Source of the DNA: Bacillota bacterium
GTDB lineage: Bacteria > Bacillota > Sulfobacillia > Fermentithermobacillales > Fermentithermobacillaceae
Direction: 5' to 3'
Assembly (NCBI GenBank): GCA_050952065.1
Contig: JBMNKF010000007.1
Coordinates: 76,412-140,411, forward strand
DNA: 64,000 bases
Shown here: positions 38,568 to 48,876 of the stretch, piece after piece
Numbering within the stretch: the stretch's first letter is position 1
Layout: each line of letters starts with the position of its first letter
Notes under the pieces: generated by a model
Told to the model about the DNA's origin: nothing
The model's input: the letters and a program-made list of their open reading frames with translations, nothing else
Databases searched by the model: none
Program-made: the position numbers and the translations under genes

Positions 38568-38605
38568 CCTCCCCGGGCCTTGCGACCATCCGGGGAGGTT
38601 TTTTG
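38568..38605 (+). terminator. Rho-independent terminator after pspA
   Basis: CCTCCCCGG...CCGGGGAGG hairpin followed by TTTTTTG. Confidence 0.65.
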
Positions 38606-38672
38606 TCGAACTTCGCTTGCCTGGCCACATTTGCAGTATGATTAAGGATATAAAGATGCCGGAGGCCCTGAC

Positions 38673-39893
38673 ATGAGAGATCGAAAGCAGGTATTCATGT
38701 TTTTCGCCGTATCATTTCTGTTCTACATGGCTGCGAACTTCGCTCATCCGGTTACTCCAACGATTATCAAACACCGAGGCTTTGGCGACTATATCTTTGG
38801 AGTTGCCCTTGCTTCTATGATGACTGCGAACTTCCTTGTTTCTCCGTTCTGGGGGAAAGCCATCACCGTCTTCTCTAGCCGAAAGACTCTGCTGATCTGC
38901 AGCATAGGGTACGCGATAGGTCAACTAATGTTTGGACTTGCAAAGGCCGAGACGATGATATTGGCTGCTAGGGTTTTCGCGGGCGCTTTCACGGGCGGCC
39001 TTTTCACCGCATGCCTAACGTACGTGGTCAATACCTCCCCAGAGGATGTAAGAGGAAGCTATCTGACTGCGTCTGCGACGCTCCACTTGGTGGGCGGTAG
39101 TTTCGGTTACTTCATTGGGGGTATGCTGGGAGAGATTCATGAAAACGTGGCGGTAGGGGTCCAAGTGGTCACCTTGATGGTGGTTGGGGTTCTGTTCTAC
39201 CTGGTCTGTGAAGATGACTCCATACAGGACATGCCAAATGTGGGTCGTGGATCGTTCTTCAGGGAAGCCAACCCGTTGGCTGCTTTTATCGCGGCCAGAC
39301 ACATAATGACGCCCCTGTTCATCGCCATATTCGCCGTCAGTGCTCTGTCGAACCTGGGCGGCATAGCCTTTGACCAAAGCCTAAACTACTACATGAAAGC
39401 GCAACTGGGCTTTTCGTCAGGCTATAACGGGGTAATCAAGGCTATCACTGGTTTTGTGGCGCTGCTCGTAAACAGCACCATCGGAATCAGACTCATCAAC
39501 AACTCCGATGCTCGCAAGTCTTCCATCTGGGTGTATTCGCTTTGCTCGATCGCCATGGCTGCAATCGTTCTTCTCAATTCCATAGTGCCGCTTGGGATCG
39601 TTGTTGTAGTCTATTTTGGGCTGTATGCAGTGTCAGTTCCGCTTACTCAGAGCATCGTTGCGGATAAATCCAGTGGGTATGACAGTAATCTTGTTATGGG
39701 CTGCTACAATGGGCTTAGATCCCTCGGCGGCATTTTCGGGGCGCTGGCTTCCGGTCTTCTGTACACGGTGAACCCGAAAGGCCCGTTTGTCCTCGCGTTT
39801 GTGGCTTTTTCCCTAACCACAGCCGCTTCTGTTCACTACTATTCCGCAAGCGTAAGGGAAGATTTTGAGGTTCAGAACGGGGCAGATGATTGA
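38673..39893 (+). CDS. MFS transporter
   Basis: 406 aa, about 12 TM helices, MFS-type cytoplasmic loop after TM2 (FWGKAI...SRK). Confidence 0.75.
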   Translation: MRDRKQVFMFFAVSFLFYMAANFAHPVTPTIIKHRGFGDYIFGVALASMMTANFLVSPFWGKAITVFSSRKTLLICSIGYAIGQLMFGLAKAETMILAARVFAGAFTGGLFTACLTYVVNTSPEDVRGSYLTASATLHLVGGSFGYFIGGMLGEIHENVAVGVQVVTLMVVGVLFYLVCEDDSIQDMPNVGRGSFFREANPLAAFIAARHIMTPLFIAIFAVSALSNLGGIAFDQSLNYYMKAQLGFSSGYNGVIKAITGFVALLVNSTIGIRLINNSDARKSSIWVYSLCSIAMAAIVLLNSIVPLGIVVVVYFGLYAVSVPLTQSIVADKSSGYDSNLVMGCYNGLRSLGGIFGALASGLLYTVNPKGPFVLAFVAFSLTTAASVHYYSASVREDFEVQNGADD

Positions 39894-39958
39894 CTCCAGC
39901 AGATGATTGACTCCCAGCAGATGAACGACTCCCGACTAGGAGGGAGGTTGCAGCATGT

Positions 39959-40723
39959 CTACTGCTGCGGCAGACTCTTTTCTATTAGTCGCATGCTTGC
40001 CCGGTACTTGGCCGATTCCTGCTCAAGGCATTGGATGTATGGGTCTTTGGGGTTGATAGGGCGTCTAGGCAAGTCTTTGGGTATCTTGTTGGACATTCCT
40101 CTGAGAGACAGATCTCGCCATGTGATGGTCACGAGTTCGATGTCGTTCCAATGGCTCATCCCGAGTTTGGCCCAATCGCGTAGTCTCTGTTCTTTGGCTT
40201 GCTTCGGATCTGGGTATTTATAAGTGGGGCCGAAATGTTGCAGTCCCTGATTCTCAAAGGCTTTTCTGTATCGCGGGTAGAATCGATCATATTCCATGGG
40301 CTGGCCAGTGACTGGATTCGTGAGCAGACTCGGCCTTGCGTGGTCGACATAGTCCAGGCATGGTATCAGCTCATCCAGCCAACTAAATGAGAGGAATTCG
40401 CCAATGAACGGCTTCATGGGCAAGACTTGTTTGAACCAGCAAGCTTTGCGTTTTCGCACTTCAGGTGGCTCGGTGGGACAGAGTCGCCTTCCTTCTGTAT
40501 AGACAACCCATCCTGCGTCTTTAAGGGCTCTGACGTGAATGGATACCGTCTCTCTATGCGCATGCAGTAGTTCACCTAGTTCAGAGATTGACAAGTTTGG
40601 CCTAACAAGAATCGCCATGTAGATTGCTTTGGCAGTCAATCTCAGTTTGGGTTCAAGGACGATGTCCGGATAAAGGATGGTAGATTGTGTCTGTACCCAT
40701 TCGGACTCAGTTTTCATAGACAT
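39959..40723 (-). CDS. Hypothetical winged-HTH protein with uncharacterised C-terminal domain
   Basis: N-terminal MarR/Lrp-like wHTH (LSISELGELLHAHRETVSIHVRALKDAGWV). C-terminal approx 150 aa with no recognised motifs. Confidence 0.45.
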   Translation of the reverse strand: MSMKTESEWVQTQSTILYPDIVLEPKLRLTAKAIYMAILVRPNLSISELGELLHAHRETVSIHVRALKDAGWVVYTEGRRLCPTEPPEVRKRKACWFKQVLPMKPFIGEFLSFSWLDELIPCLDYVDHARPSLLTNPVTGQPMEYDRFYPRYRKAFENQGLQHFGPTYKYPDPKQAKEQRLRDWAKLGMSHWNDIELVTITWRDLSLRGMSNKIPKDLPRRPINPKDPYIQCLEQESAKYRASMRLIEKSLPQQ

Positions 40724-40892
40724 ATTTTACCATACCCACCGAATTCCCGCCAGATGTCGGCTTTTTCGACATGTATCCATGTTGCTATCGCAAATCCCGA
40801 CGCGGTCGGCGATCTTTCATCGTTTTTTCCGGCATGGGTTAGGTAAACCCGTCGGATAGTCCGACAGGCCGGGATTATGTCGCCCTTGGCCT

Positions 40893-40945
40893 ACGCAGAC
40901 TAGGCAGATCAGGCAGCCTAGACAGACCAGGCAGCTCATACAGAG
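40893..40945. repeat. Short imperfect tandem repeat (CAGAC[T/C]AGGCAG / AGGCAG units) in the intergenic region
   Basis: CAGACTAGGCAGATCAGGCAGCCTAGACAGACCAGGCAGCTC seen directly, upstream of the HTH gene on the minus strand. Confidence 0.3.
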
Positions 40946-41011
40946 GAGGATTTCTCGACACCCGAACAGAATCTGCTGGCAAAATCAAGGCGAGAATGGG
41001 AGTGGTGGAGT

Positions 41012-42409
41012 ATGGAGTCCAGGATCCGGGAAGCTGAGAAAGACATCATCGTCGAACTGGCAACCTCGACCGAAGGCTACAAAAACCTCGCTGTGCTCTG
41101 CGAGGAGTATGGAAGCAGATTCGGAGGCACCGAGGAAGATAGGCGGGCTGTGGATTTTCTGGTATCCAAATTCCGAGAATACGGGTTGGAGAACGCCCAC
41201 AAAGAAGAGTTCATGCACAGCGCATGGACCCGCGGTCCTGCAGTTCTCCGCACCATAGCACCGAGTTCTCAGGAGTTCAAATGCATCTCCTTACCCTACA
41301 ACGTGGCGTCAACCGTCGAAGGCGAACTGATATACGTTGGTCACGGTACTCCCGATGAGTACGAAGCCCTGGGTGATGCGATCCGGGGGAAGATTGTAAT
41401 GGCCAATGCCAAATCCCCGTCTTACTATCCGAGAGGTGTGCACAGGGCGGAGAAGATCGGGAGAGCCATAGCCGGAGGCGCTATAGGTTTCATCTGGATG
41501 CGGTGGGATCCAGGCTTGCTGGAGGAAACCGGGTCTGCGCGCTGGGGGATGCCGGTTGAGATACCTTGCATTGGGGTTTCCCGCGAGGTAGGTGAAAGTA
41601 TGATCAGGATGCAGGCCAAAGGCCCCGTGCGAGTCCGTATAGAAACAAGCGATTCAGTGAGACCTGCCCCCGTGTGGAATGTTGTCTCGGAGATTAAAGG
41701 ACGCACCAACCCTGACAAGGTTATTCTCATAGGAGCCCATTACGATGGCCACGATATTGCTCCAGGCGCCATGGATGATGGAGCAGGGGCCATGGTTGTC
41801 ATGGAGACTGCCAGAGCCTTGGCTAGGCACAAAGATCTCCTCGGCAAGACTCTCAGGTTCGTGCTTTTCCCCATCGAAGAGATAGGTCTCGGCGGGTCCT
41901 ACAACTACGTAGATATGCACCGGGACGAACTGGACAATATCGAGATGATGTTTAACTTGGACGGCGCGGGCAGGAGCTACTCTCAGCCCGGCATAGTTTT
42001 GTACGGCAAATGGACCCAACTGTTTCGGTATTTCTGGGATTTGGGAAAGGCCATGGGACAGCCAATTCAGGTTGCAAATGCAATTAGCATGTACAGCGAC
42101 CATTTTCCTTTCCAGCTAATGGGCATACCCGCCGGCGGCGTCGCCGAGTTTAGCGACACCGCCAGAGGCACACGTGGATGGGGTCACTCCGCTGCCGACA
42201 CCCTGGATAAGGTCTCAGCCAGGGCTTTAGAGGCGACAGCGACTTTCATGGCCAGGCTGCTTCTGCACATGTCCAACAGAGACTTGCCTGCAAAACGAAT
42301 AAGCGAAGAAAAGGCACAGGAGATCTTGGGGCCGGTCTACTTGGAAGTCCTTAGACTGGAGAAGCGATGGCCTTTCGCTGACTGGATACCGAAGCTGGTC
42401 ACTATGTAA
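41012..42409 (+). CDS. M28-family Zn aminopeptidase with PA domain
   Basis: AHYDGHDIAPGAMDDGAG (metal ligands), EE pair in VLFPIEEIGLGGS, DHFPFQ motif. 465 aa. Confidence 0.8.
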   Translation: MESRIREAEKDIIVELATSTEGYKNLAVLCEEYGSRFGGTEEDRRAVDFLVSKFREYGLENAHKEEFMHSAWTRGPAVLRTIAPSSQEFKCISLPYNVASTVEGELIYVGHGTPDEYEALGDAIRGKIVMANAKSPSYYPRGVHRAEKIGRAIAGGAIGFIWMRWDPGLLEETGSARWGMPVEIPCIGVSREVGESMIRMQAKGPVRVRIETSDSVRPAPVWNVVSEIKGRTNPDKVILIGAHYDGHDIAPGAMDDGAGAMVVMETARALARHKDLLGKTLRFVLFPIEEIGLGGSYNYVDMHRDELDNIEMMFNLDGAGRSYSQPGIVLYGKWTQLFRYFWDLGKAMGQPIQVANAISMYSDHFPFQLMGIPAGGVAEFSDTARGTRGWGHSAADTLDKVSARALEATATFMARLLLHMSNRDLPAKRISEEKAQEILGPVYLEVLRLEKRWPFADWIPKLVTM

Positions 42410-42542
42410 CTTGATAGATTGAGTCCCTCTAGTTAGCGCAAACCGGGGTTTTGACATCTGTGAAACAGAAACCAGAAGCGGCGGCGCATCGGGGCTGGCA
42501 ATGACAGCCCTCGCGTTGCCGCTACGATTTTCTGGGAAGGTG

Positions 42543-43544
42543 CTAGTCCTGACCCCGGTGAGTAGATTCGGGGCGCAATTCCTCCACGAGCCTCAGTATT
42601 GCAGGCGCACTCTGTTCTGCCGCGATTTCGCCTAATTCGATCAGCCTTGCAGCCCAATAAAACTGATGGCCGTGAAATCTCTTGACCGCGGGACGCACTA
42701 GGACATCGGAGGATTCTTCGATCCGGTGCACAACCTCCTGAGACTCAATGGCGAGCCACGAATTCATGACGTCCATTGCCCGAAATAGCGACGTAAGGGT
42801 AGTCCACTTCTGCCGGGCGTCCGGTTGGCCCGATTCACGGTGCTGCTTTCTTCCATTCTGGACCACCTTGGAGAGGAACGAGCGGATGGGTCCCTGCCTG
42901 CCATCGACAACCAGTTCTCTCAGGCGGGTCCGCAGCTCCCTTGCCCCGGCTACTGAAAGCCGCAGCCCGTCTGCGGCCCGCATCCAAATGTCCTTTGGGT
43001 GGTAAACGTCCACCGCCACAACTCTTGATGCACCCATGGCCCTGGCGGCGTCGACCGGCACCAGGTCCACAAGTCCTCCGTCTACGAGCAGGCGATTATC
43101 CGTAGATACGGGTTTGAAAATGCCCGGAATAGACATGCTTGCTCTCACAGCTTCGGCCACCGAACCCTTATTGAGCCACACCGGTTCTCCTGTGTTGAGA
43201 TCGCACGCCAAGACAGTCAATGAGATGCCGCGTTCCCGGAGTTCTTCGAAAGTCATATCCCCAGTTAACCTGCGTAGAATGGCCGCTATGGCATCACCTT
43301 TGAAAAGACCGCATTCAAAGTCAATGTCTGCCCATTCTGCCATACTCGCAGGCGTAACCGACCTCGCGATCTCCTCGGCTTTGCCAAGTTGCCCGCAAGC
43401 GTAGGCTGCCCCAATAATGGCTCCGATGCTGGTTCCTGATACTACGCGGAATCCTATGCCGTGAGACTCCATGCTCTTAAGAAAACCGATGTGGCTTAGT
43501 CCTCTGGCTCCTCCCGCTCCCAGTGCAATTCCCAACTGGTTCAC
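42543..43544 (-). CDS. Patatin-like phospholipase
   Basis: GGARG oxyanion motif, GTSIG nucleophile elbow (GxSxG), DGG (VDGGLVD) catalytic dyad Asp. GTG start. Confidence 0.8.
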   Translation of the reverse strand: MNQLGIALGAGGARGLSHIGFLKSMESHGIGFRVVSGTSIGAIIGAAYACGQLGKAEEIARSVTPASMAEWADIDFECGLFKGDAIAAILRRLTGDMTFEELRERGISLTVLACDLNTGEPVWLNKGSVAEAVRASMSIPGIFKPVSTDNRLLVDGGLVDLVPVDAARAMGASRVVAVDVYHPKDIWMRAADGLRLSVAGARELRTRLRELVVDGRQGPIRSFLSKVVQNGRKQHRESGQPDARQKWTTLTSLFRAMDVMNSWLAIESQEVVHRIEESSDVLVRPAVKRFHGHQFYWAARLIELGEIAAEQSAPAILRLVEELRPESTHRGQD

Positions 43545-44300
43545 AGGTAATGACGAGTTCTTCGTACTGCATGCACCTCAGGCCCATGTTATGGGAGTTT
43601 CCTTTGGAGATCAACCAAGGGGAGATCACCCTAGAGCCTGCCACTAGATCCCATATGAGATTCTTGTTGCACAGGCCGTTTGTTTTTGTTACCATGCAAT
43701 CTAATATCCTTAGTAGGTAAGGTAGGGCAAGAGGTTTCAGGGAAGAGTACCTTAGGGTTCCGTTCCAGAAGAAGTCGCGTGCCCGATGGCTTGGCCTTCT
43801 ACACTGGGAGTCTGGACCGAGCGGTACTAGCTTTGCCAGACAGAGGCAGAGCACACCGTGGGTGTAAGAGACCCGAGCGGCAAGTTCCTTGTACCAAACT
43901 GGTGCTGGGTTGTCGCGCGGGTTTTTGTTTAATTCCAGCCTCCTACCGGGGGAAGGTGGTAGAAGTGGGGATTACCGAGATGTCGGCATACCTCGTGGGT
44001 CTTGCGGGAGTCATCTTGCGGGCGGAAAGTGGGGGAGAAAGGAAAGCCTGCATCAAGTAGTGAACTTGTTTGTGCCTTCCATAGACGCGCTTTTCCTCGT
44101 CCCAGGCCTTCCAACTGACACAATGCTTGTGTCTGGGTTACCCTCTTCCATTTACGCCACATCCTGCTTTTAGGCTCCCAATCGCGATAATCTGAACGTC
44201 AAAATGCCGTGCTGCAATGGCAAACGATAGCTTTGCTATATCCCTCGTGGCGCGTAGGGCATTTAGCAATGTGGATCTACAATTAGGGAGGGTTAACAGT

Positions 44301-45443
44301 ATGTCTGGAAAACGGGCTTGGATGGCTGTGGTAGTCGCAGCGTTCCTAATCGCGCTTCTATCAGGGTGTGGAACTCAGGCCGGTAGCGATAATCAGGGCA
44401 ACGGTGAGAAAACCATAAAGATCGGTATGGTTGGACCCTTAACGGGCGACTATGCCACATACGGAAACAGCGTGAAGAACGGCATCCAGGTTGCCATTGA
44501 TGAAGTCAACGCCCAAGGCGGCGTGCAGGGATACAAACTGCAACTTATAGCCGAAGACAGCAAAGGTGATTCCACTGAGGCGGCCAACGCAGTTCAAAAG
44601 CTCATCGACCAAGACAGGGTGACAGCCATCGTTGGCGCAGTCTTGAGCGGGGAGACTGCTACCGCTGCACCCATCGCTCAGGATTCGGGAGTACTCATGA
44701 TAACCCCTTCTGCCACTGCTCCCGGGATTGCGGATATCGGCGACTTCATATTCCGCAACGTGATTACTGACGATATCCAGTCGGCTCAGATGGCAGAGTA
44801 TGCAGTTACCACCCTCGGTATAAAGAAATTCGGGATTCTGTATGCCAACAACGATTACGGGGTAGCTCTCAAAGACAACTTCGTCCAAAGAGCCGAATCC
44901 ATGGATGCCCAAGTCATCGGCATAGAATCGTACCTGGATGGCGACGAGGACTTCCGGGCTCAACTCACCAAGTTGGGCAACGACATTGAGGGACTCTACA
45001 TCGCCGGTTATTACACTGAGGCCTCCAAGATCGCCCAGCAGGCAAGGCGGCAGGGCATGAACGCTCAGATCCTTGGGGCTGACGGGTTCTTTTCCGAGAA
45101 ACTTGTTGAGCTAGGCGGAGACTCAGTTGAAGGCGCTTACTTCACGGCCGGGTTCTACTCGGGAGACGAGTCGGAAGCGGTCAGATCTTTCGTTGAGACA
45201 TACAAAAACGCATACAAGTCAGAGCCCGACATGTTTGCAGCCAATGCCTACGACTCAATGAAGATAGTAGCACAGGCTTTGGAGCAGTCGGGTGACGACA
45301 GAGCCAAGCTCAAAGACGTCATGGCCACAATCCTAGATTACCCTGGAATCACCGGGGTTACGTCGTTCACAGAAAGCGGCGAAGCTCTGAAAGAAGTCAT
45401 CATCCTCAGAGTCGAGGGAGGCAAGTTCAACCGGGCTCGCTAG
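44301..45443 (+). CDS. livJ: Branched-chain amino-acid ABC transporter substrate-binding lipoprotein (LivJ/K-type, PBP type 1)
   Basis: Signal plus lipobox (LLSGC), Peripla_BP_6-like core. ATG 44301 after AGGGAGG; the ORF-track start at 44217 is too early. Confidence 0.85.
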   Translation: MSGKRAWMAVVVAAFLIALLSGCGTQAGSDNQGNGEKTIKIGMVGPLTGDYATYGNSVKNGIQVAIDEVNAQGGVQGYKLQLIAEDSKGDSTEAANAVQKLIDQDRVTAIVGAVLSGETATAAPIAQDSGVLMITPSATAPGIADIGDFIFRNVITDDIQSAQMAEYAVTTLGIKKFGILYANNDYGVALKDNFVQRAESMDAQVIGIESYLDGDEDFRAQLTKLGNDIEGLYIAGYYTEASKIAQQARRQGMNAQILGADGFFSEKLVELGGDSVEGAYFTAGFYSGDESEAVRSFVETYKNAYKSEPDMFAANAYDSMKIVAQALEQSGDDRAKLKDVMATILDYPGITGVTSFTESGEALKEVIILRVEGGKFNRAR

Positions 45444-45563
45444 AATGCTCGGGACAAGGGCCTCCAAAGGCGAAGGCCGAGCGCAGAAACGGCAGGAGTG
45501 GGGACGAATTGCCCTCTCTCCTGCCCAGAACCGAAACCAGTTGATTTTTGGGGGTGACGGCTT

Positions 45564-46433
45564 GTGTTGCAGCAAGTTCTAAACGGCCTTACTCTGGGAA
45601 GCACCTATGCGTTGATAGCCTTGGGATACACCATGGTTTATGGCGTGCTTCAGTTGATCAATTTCGCTCATGGCGAGGTCTATATGGCAGGGGCGTTCAT
45701 GGGGCTCCTTCTCATACAGTCTGGGGGTGTTCCGTTTCCTTTGGCGCTTGTCCTCGCTATGGGCGGCGCTGCTCTTCTTGGAATGGTTATCGAGAGGGTA
45801 GCCTACAGACCTCTTAGGAAGTCGTCGCGACTGGCCTGCCTAATCAGCGCCATAGGAATGTCAATCTTGTTGCAGAATCTCTTCCTAGTTATCATGGGAC
45901 CCGAGACAAGAAGATTTCCGGTCCCTTTCAAGGTTGTGCAATACTCTCTGGGTGGCTTGCGGATTGGTTCCCTGGACATTCTCATCCTATTGGTTTCTTT
46001 AGGTCTCATGATCGGACTTCATCTATTGGTCCACAGAACCATGATTGGAAAAGCCATGAGGGCCACCGCCCAGGACAGTAATACCGCAGGGCTGATGGGG
46101 ATAAGCGTCAATGGTGTGATTTCTGTCACCTTTGCAGTTGGTTCGGCTCTTGCTGCAGCAGGCGGAGTGTTCGTGGGTATGAACTTCAACGCAGTTGAAC
46201 CGGGCATGGGTACGATGCCGGGGTTGAAAGGGTTCGTTGCTGCGGTCCTGGGAGGGATAGGCAGCATCCCCGGGGCCATGGCGGGAGGCGTTCTTCTCGG
46301 TATGGCTGAGGTGATGGGGGTAGCCCTGCTTCGTTCCGAGTGGAGAGATGCCATTGCCTTCGGAATCTTGACGGCAGTCTTGCTGCTGAAACCATCCGGC
46401 ATCTTCGGAAGAACAACCCAGGAGAAGGTATAG
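45564..46433 (+). CDS. livH: Branched-chain amino-acid ABC permease LivH
   Basis: MLQQVLNGLTLGSTYALIALGYTMVYGVLQLINFAHGEVYM... canonical LivH. Confidence 0.85.
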   Translation: MLQQVLNGLTLGSTYALIALGYTMVYGVLQLINFAHGEVYMAGAFMGLLLIQSGGVPFPLALVLAMGGAALLGMVIERVAYRPLRKSSRLACLISAIGMSILLQNLFLVIMGPETRRFPVPFKVVQYSLGGLRIGSLDILILLVSLGLMIGLHLLVHRTMIGKAMRATAQDSNTAGLMGISVNGVISVTFAVGSALAAAGGVFVGMNFNAVEPGMGTMPGLKGFVAAVLGGIGSIPGAMAGGVLLGMAEVMGVALLRSEWRDAIAFGILTAVLLLKPSGIFGRTTQEKV

Positions 46434-46436
46434 ACC

Positions 46437-47318
46437 ATGTTAAGCCCTTACTATTACCAGATAATGGTCATCATCTGCATCAATGTTATCTTGGCTCTCA
46501 GTCTGAATCTGATTACGGGCTTCGCAGGCCAACTGTCGCTGGGACATGCCGCATTCATGGGAATTGGGGCATATACTTCGGGAATCCTCACGTCGATCTT
46601 GGGAGCGCCATTCCCATTGGCTCTCTTGGCAGGCGGCGTGGCCTCGGCTGCATGCGGATTGGGGATCGGCCTACCGACACTGCGATTGAAGGGAGATTAC
46701 CTGGCCATCGCGACCCTGGGATTTGGGGAGATAATCAGAGTGGCCATTCTAAACATGAAGATAACCGGCGGACCATTCGGTCTGCGTAGCATACCCAAAT
46801 CTACCAACTTGCCAATATCGCTGGTGCTCGCGGTCTTGGCGTGTATTGTGCTTCGGAGGATCGCCGCATCTCGCTTCGGGCGTGCGCTTGTAGCCATAAG
46901 AGAAGATGAGGTTGCCGCTCAGGCTATGGGTATCGACACCACCAGACACAAAGTCATCGCGTTCATGATAGGGGCGTTTTGGGCGGGGATAGCAGGTGTT
47001 CTCTTTGCCCATTGGTTCCGATACCTAAACCCGTCATCTTTCACGTTTGTGAAGTCAGTGGAGATTCTCAGTATGGTCGTGTTGGGCGGGATGGGGAACC
47101 TCGCCGGTTCCGTGCTGGGGGCGCTTGTCCTCACGTATGCGCCCGAGTTCTTACGAAACATCTCACCCTTTGTGTCTCAGTACAGGATGCTTTTCTACGG
47201 TGCCCTCTTGGTGATCATGATGCTAGTCCGTCCCCAGGGGTTACTGGGAAGAAGCAAAAAGAAAGGCGCTCGTCACGATGATGACAGAAAAGTAGGTGGT
47301 TGCAGTGTCGTTTCTTGA
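46437..47318 (+). CDS. livM: Branched-chain amino-acid ABC permease LivM
   Basis: [21 protein letters not shown]... canonical LivM. Confidence 0.85.
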   Translation: MLSPYYYQIMVIICINVILALSLNLITGFAGQLSLGHAAFMGIGAYTSGILTSILGAPFPLALLAGGVASAACGLGIGLPTLRLKGDYLAIATLGFGEIIRVAILNMKITGGPFGLRSIPKSTNLPISLVLAVLACIVLRRIAASRFGRALVAIREDEVAAQAMGIDTTRHKVIAFMIGAFWAGIAGVLFAHWFRYLNPSSFTFVKSVEILSMVVLGGMGNLAGSVLGALVLTYAPEFLRNISPFVSQYRMLFYGALLVIMMLVRPQGLLGRSKKKGARHDDDRKVGGCSVVS

Positions 47319-48078
47319 GATCACCCAGGTCACAAAGTCTTTCGGTGGGATCGTCGCCGTACGCGATGTCGACTTGTCCATAGGCAAGGGGGAGATACTT
47401 GGGCTGATCGGTCCCAACGGCGCGGGCAAGACCACCTTGTTCAACCTTGTCACAGGAATCTACCGCCCCACAGTGGGGGAGATCTCATACCGCGGAAGAA
47501 GCCTATCCCGACTCAAGCCCCATGAGATAACCAGACTTGGAATGGCTCGAACCTTTCAGAACATCCGGCTGTTCGGCGAAATGTCCGCGTTGGAGAATGT
47601 CATGATCGGCAGACACTGTCGCACTACGGCTGGGGCGTGGGGCTCGGTCTTCCGCTTCCCTTGGGTTTTTCGGGAGGAGAAAGCGTCGCTTGAGCTATCC
47701 TTGGAGCTTCTGGACTTTGTGGGGCTTCACGTCGACCCGGACGAGAGAGCAGCGAACCTTTCCTATGGTCAACAGCGCCAGCTGGAGATCGCAAGGGCAT
47801 TGGCCACAGAGCCCGATCTGTTGCTCTTGGATGAACCGGCTGCCGGTATGAACCCCCAAGAGACCAAGGAACTGATCAGTCTCATCGGTAGGGTACGAGA
47901 CACGGGCAGAACCATACTTCTCATCGAGCACGACATGAAGGTGGTCATGGGGACTGCAGACAGGGTTGCTGTCTTGGAGTACGGAATCAAAATAGCGGAT
48001 GGTACTCCCTCTGAGATTCGCCGGAACGAGAAGGTCATCAAGGCCTACCTGGGAGATGATTCGGATTTTAGTGCTTAA
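47296..48078 (+). CDS. livG: Branched-chain amino-acid ABC ATPase LivG
   Basis: [39 protein letters not shown]. Confidence 0.85.
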   Translation: MVAVSFLEITQVTKSFGGIVAVRDVDLSIGKGEILGLIGPNGAGKTTLFNLVTGIYRPTVGEISYRGRSLSRLKPHEITRLGMARTFQNIRLFGEMSALENVMIGRHCRTTAGAWGSVFRFPWVFREEKASLELSLELLDFVGLHVDPDERAANLSYGQQRQLEIARALATEPDLLLLDEPAAGMNPQETKELISLIGRVRDTGRTILLIEHDMKVVMGTADRVAVLEYGIKIADGTPSEIRRNEKVIKAYLGDDSDFSA

Positions 48079-48769
48079 GGGATTAGTGACCCACTATGGT
48101 GCAATCAAGGCTCTTAAGGGCATTTCCCTTGAAGTAAGGCAAGGGGAAATCGTGGCTCTTATCGGCGCAAACGGCGCCGGAAAGACAACGACCCTGAACG
48201 CCATCTCGGGGCTCATTCCCCCGTCTGAGGGTGACATTGTGTTTCAAGGACGGAGTATCGGCGGCGTCTCTCCAGAAAACATCGTGAAGATGGGGATCTC
48301 TCATGTGCCAGAAGGACGAAGGGTGTTTTCGCAGATGACCGTCATGGAGAACCTGGAGCTGGGAGCGTATTCACGGTCCGACACTAGGGAAGTGAAACAT
48401 GATCTGGACCAGGTTTTCCAAAGGTTTCCCCAGCTGGCCGACCGCAGGAGACAAGCCGCGGGCACCTTGAGCGGGGGAGAACAGCAGATGCTGGCTATCG
48501 GACGGGCGCTCATGGCGCGTCCCAGACTTCTTTTGATGGATGAGCCTTCTATGGGTTTGGCGCCCAAGATCGTTCAGACCATATTCGAGATTATCAGAGA
48601 CATCAACCGTGCGGGTACAACAATCCTTCTGGTTGAGCAAAACGCACATCTTGCTCTGGCTACCGCCGGGCGCGCCTACGTGTTGGAGACTGGAGCCATA
48701 GCGCTTCACGGCGATACCAGAGAATTGGCCAAGAACGAGCGAGTCCGTGAGGCGTACCTGGGTGAGTGA
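48056..48769 (+). CDS. livF: Branched-chain amino-acid ABC ATPase LivF
   Basis: GANGAGKTTTLN, LSGGEQQMLAIGRAL, LLLMDEPSMGLAP. ATG 48056 ([10 protein letters not shown]...) overlaps the livG 3' end. Confidence 0.85.
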   Translation: MIRILVLKGLVTHYGAIKALKGISLEVRQGEIVALIGANGAGKTTTLNAISGLIPPSEGDIVFQGRSIGGVSPENIVKMGISHVPEGRRVFSQMTVMENLELGAYSRSDTREVKHDLDQVFQRFPQLADRRRQAAGTLSGGEQQMLAIGRALMARPRLLLMDEPSMGLAPKIVQTIFEIIRDINRAGTTILLVEQNAHLALATAGRAYVLETGAIALHGDTRELAKNERVREAYLGE

Positions 48770-48876
48770 ACTCAGGTTTACTGAGCAGGTTCACTGAGTT
48801 TTCAAAAGGGAAGGCAGACTGTGGTAAGAGATGCGGACAAACTGGTAAGATGGGCGCACAAGGCAGGTGGTACCGG

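Noticed and set aside
37852-38628. 258-aa minus-strand ORF
   Set aside because: Antisense to pspA, which has an unambiguous PspA/IM30 sequence, SD and terminator.
40893-40945. Possible CRISPR-like or REP element at the AGGCAG repeats
   Set aside because: Only 2-3 short imperfect units with no spacer regularity; more consistent with operator-like direct repeats.
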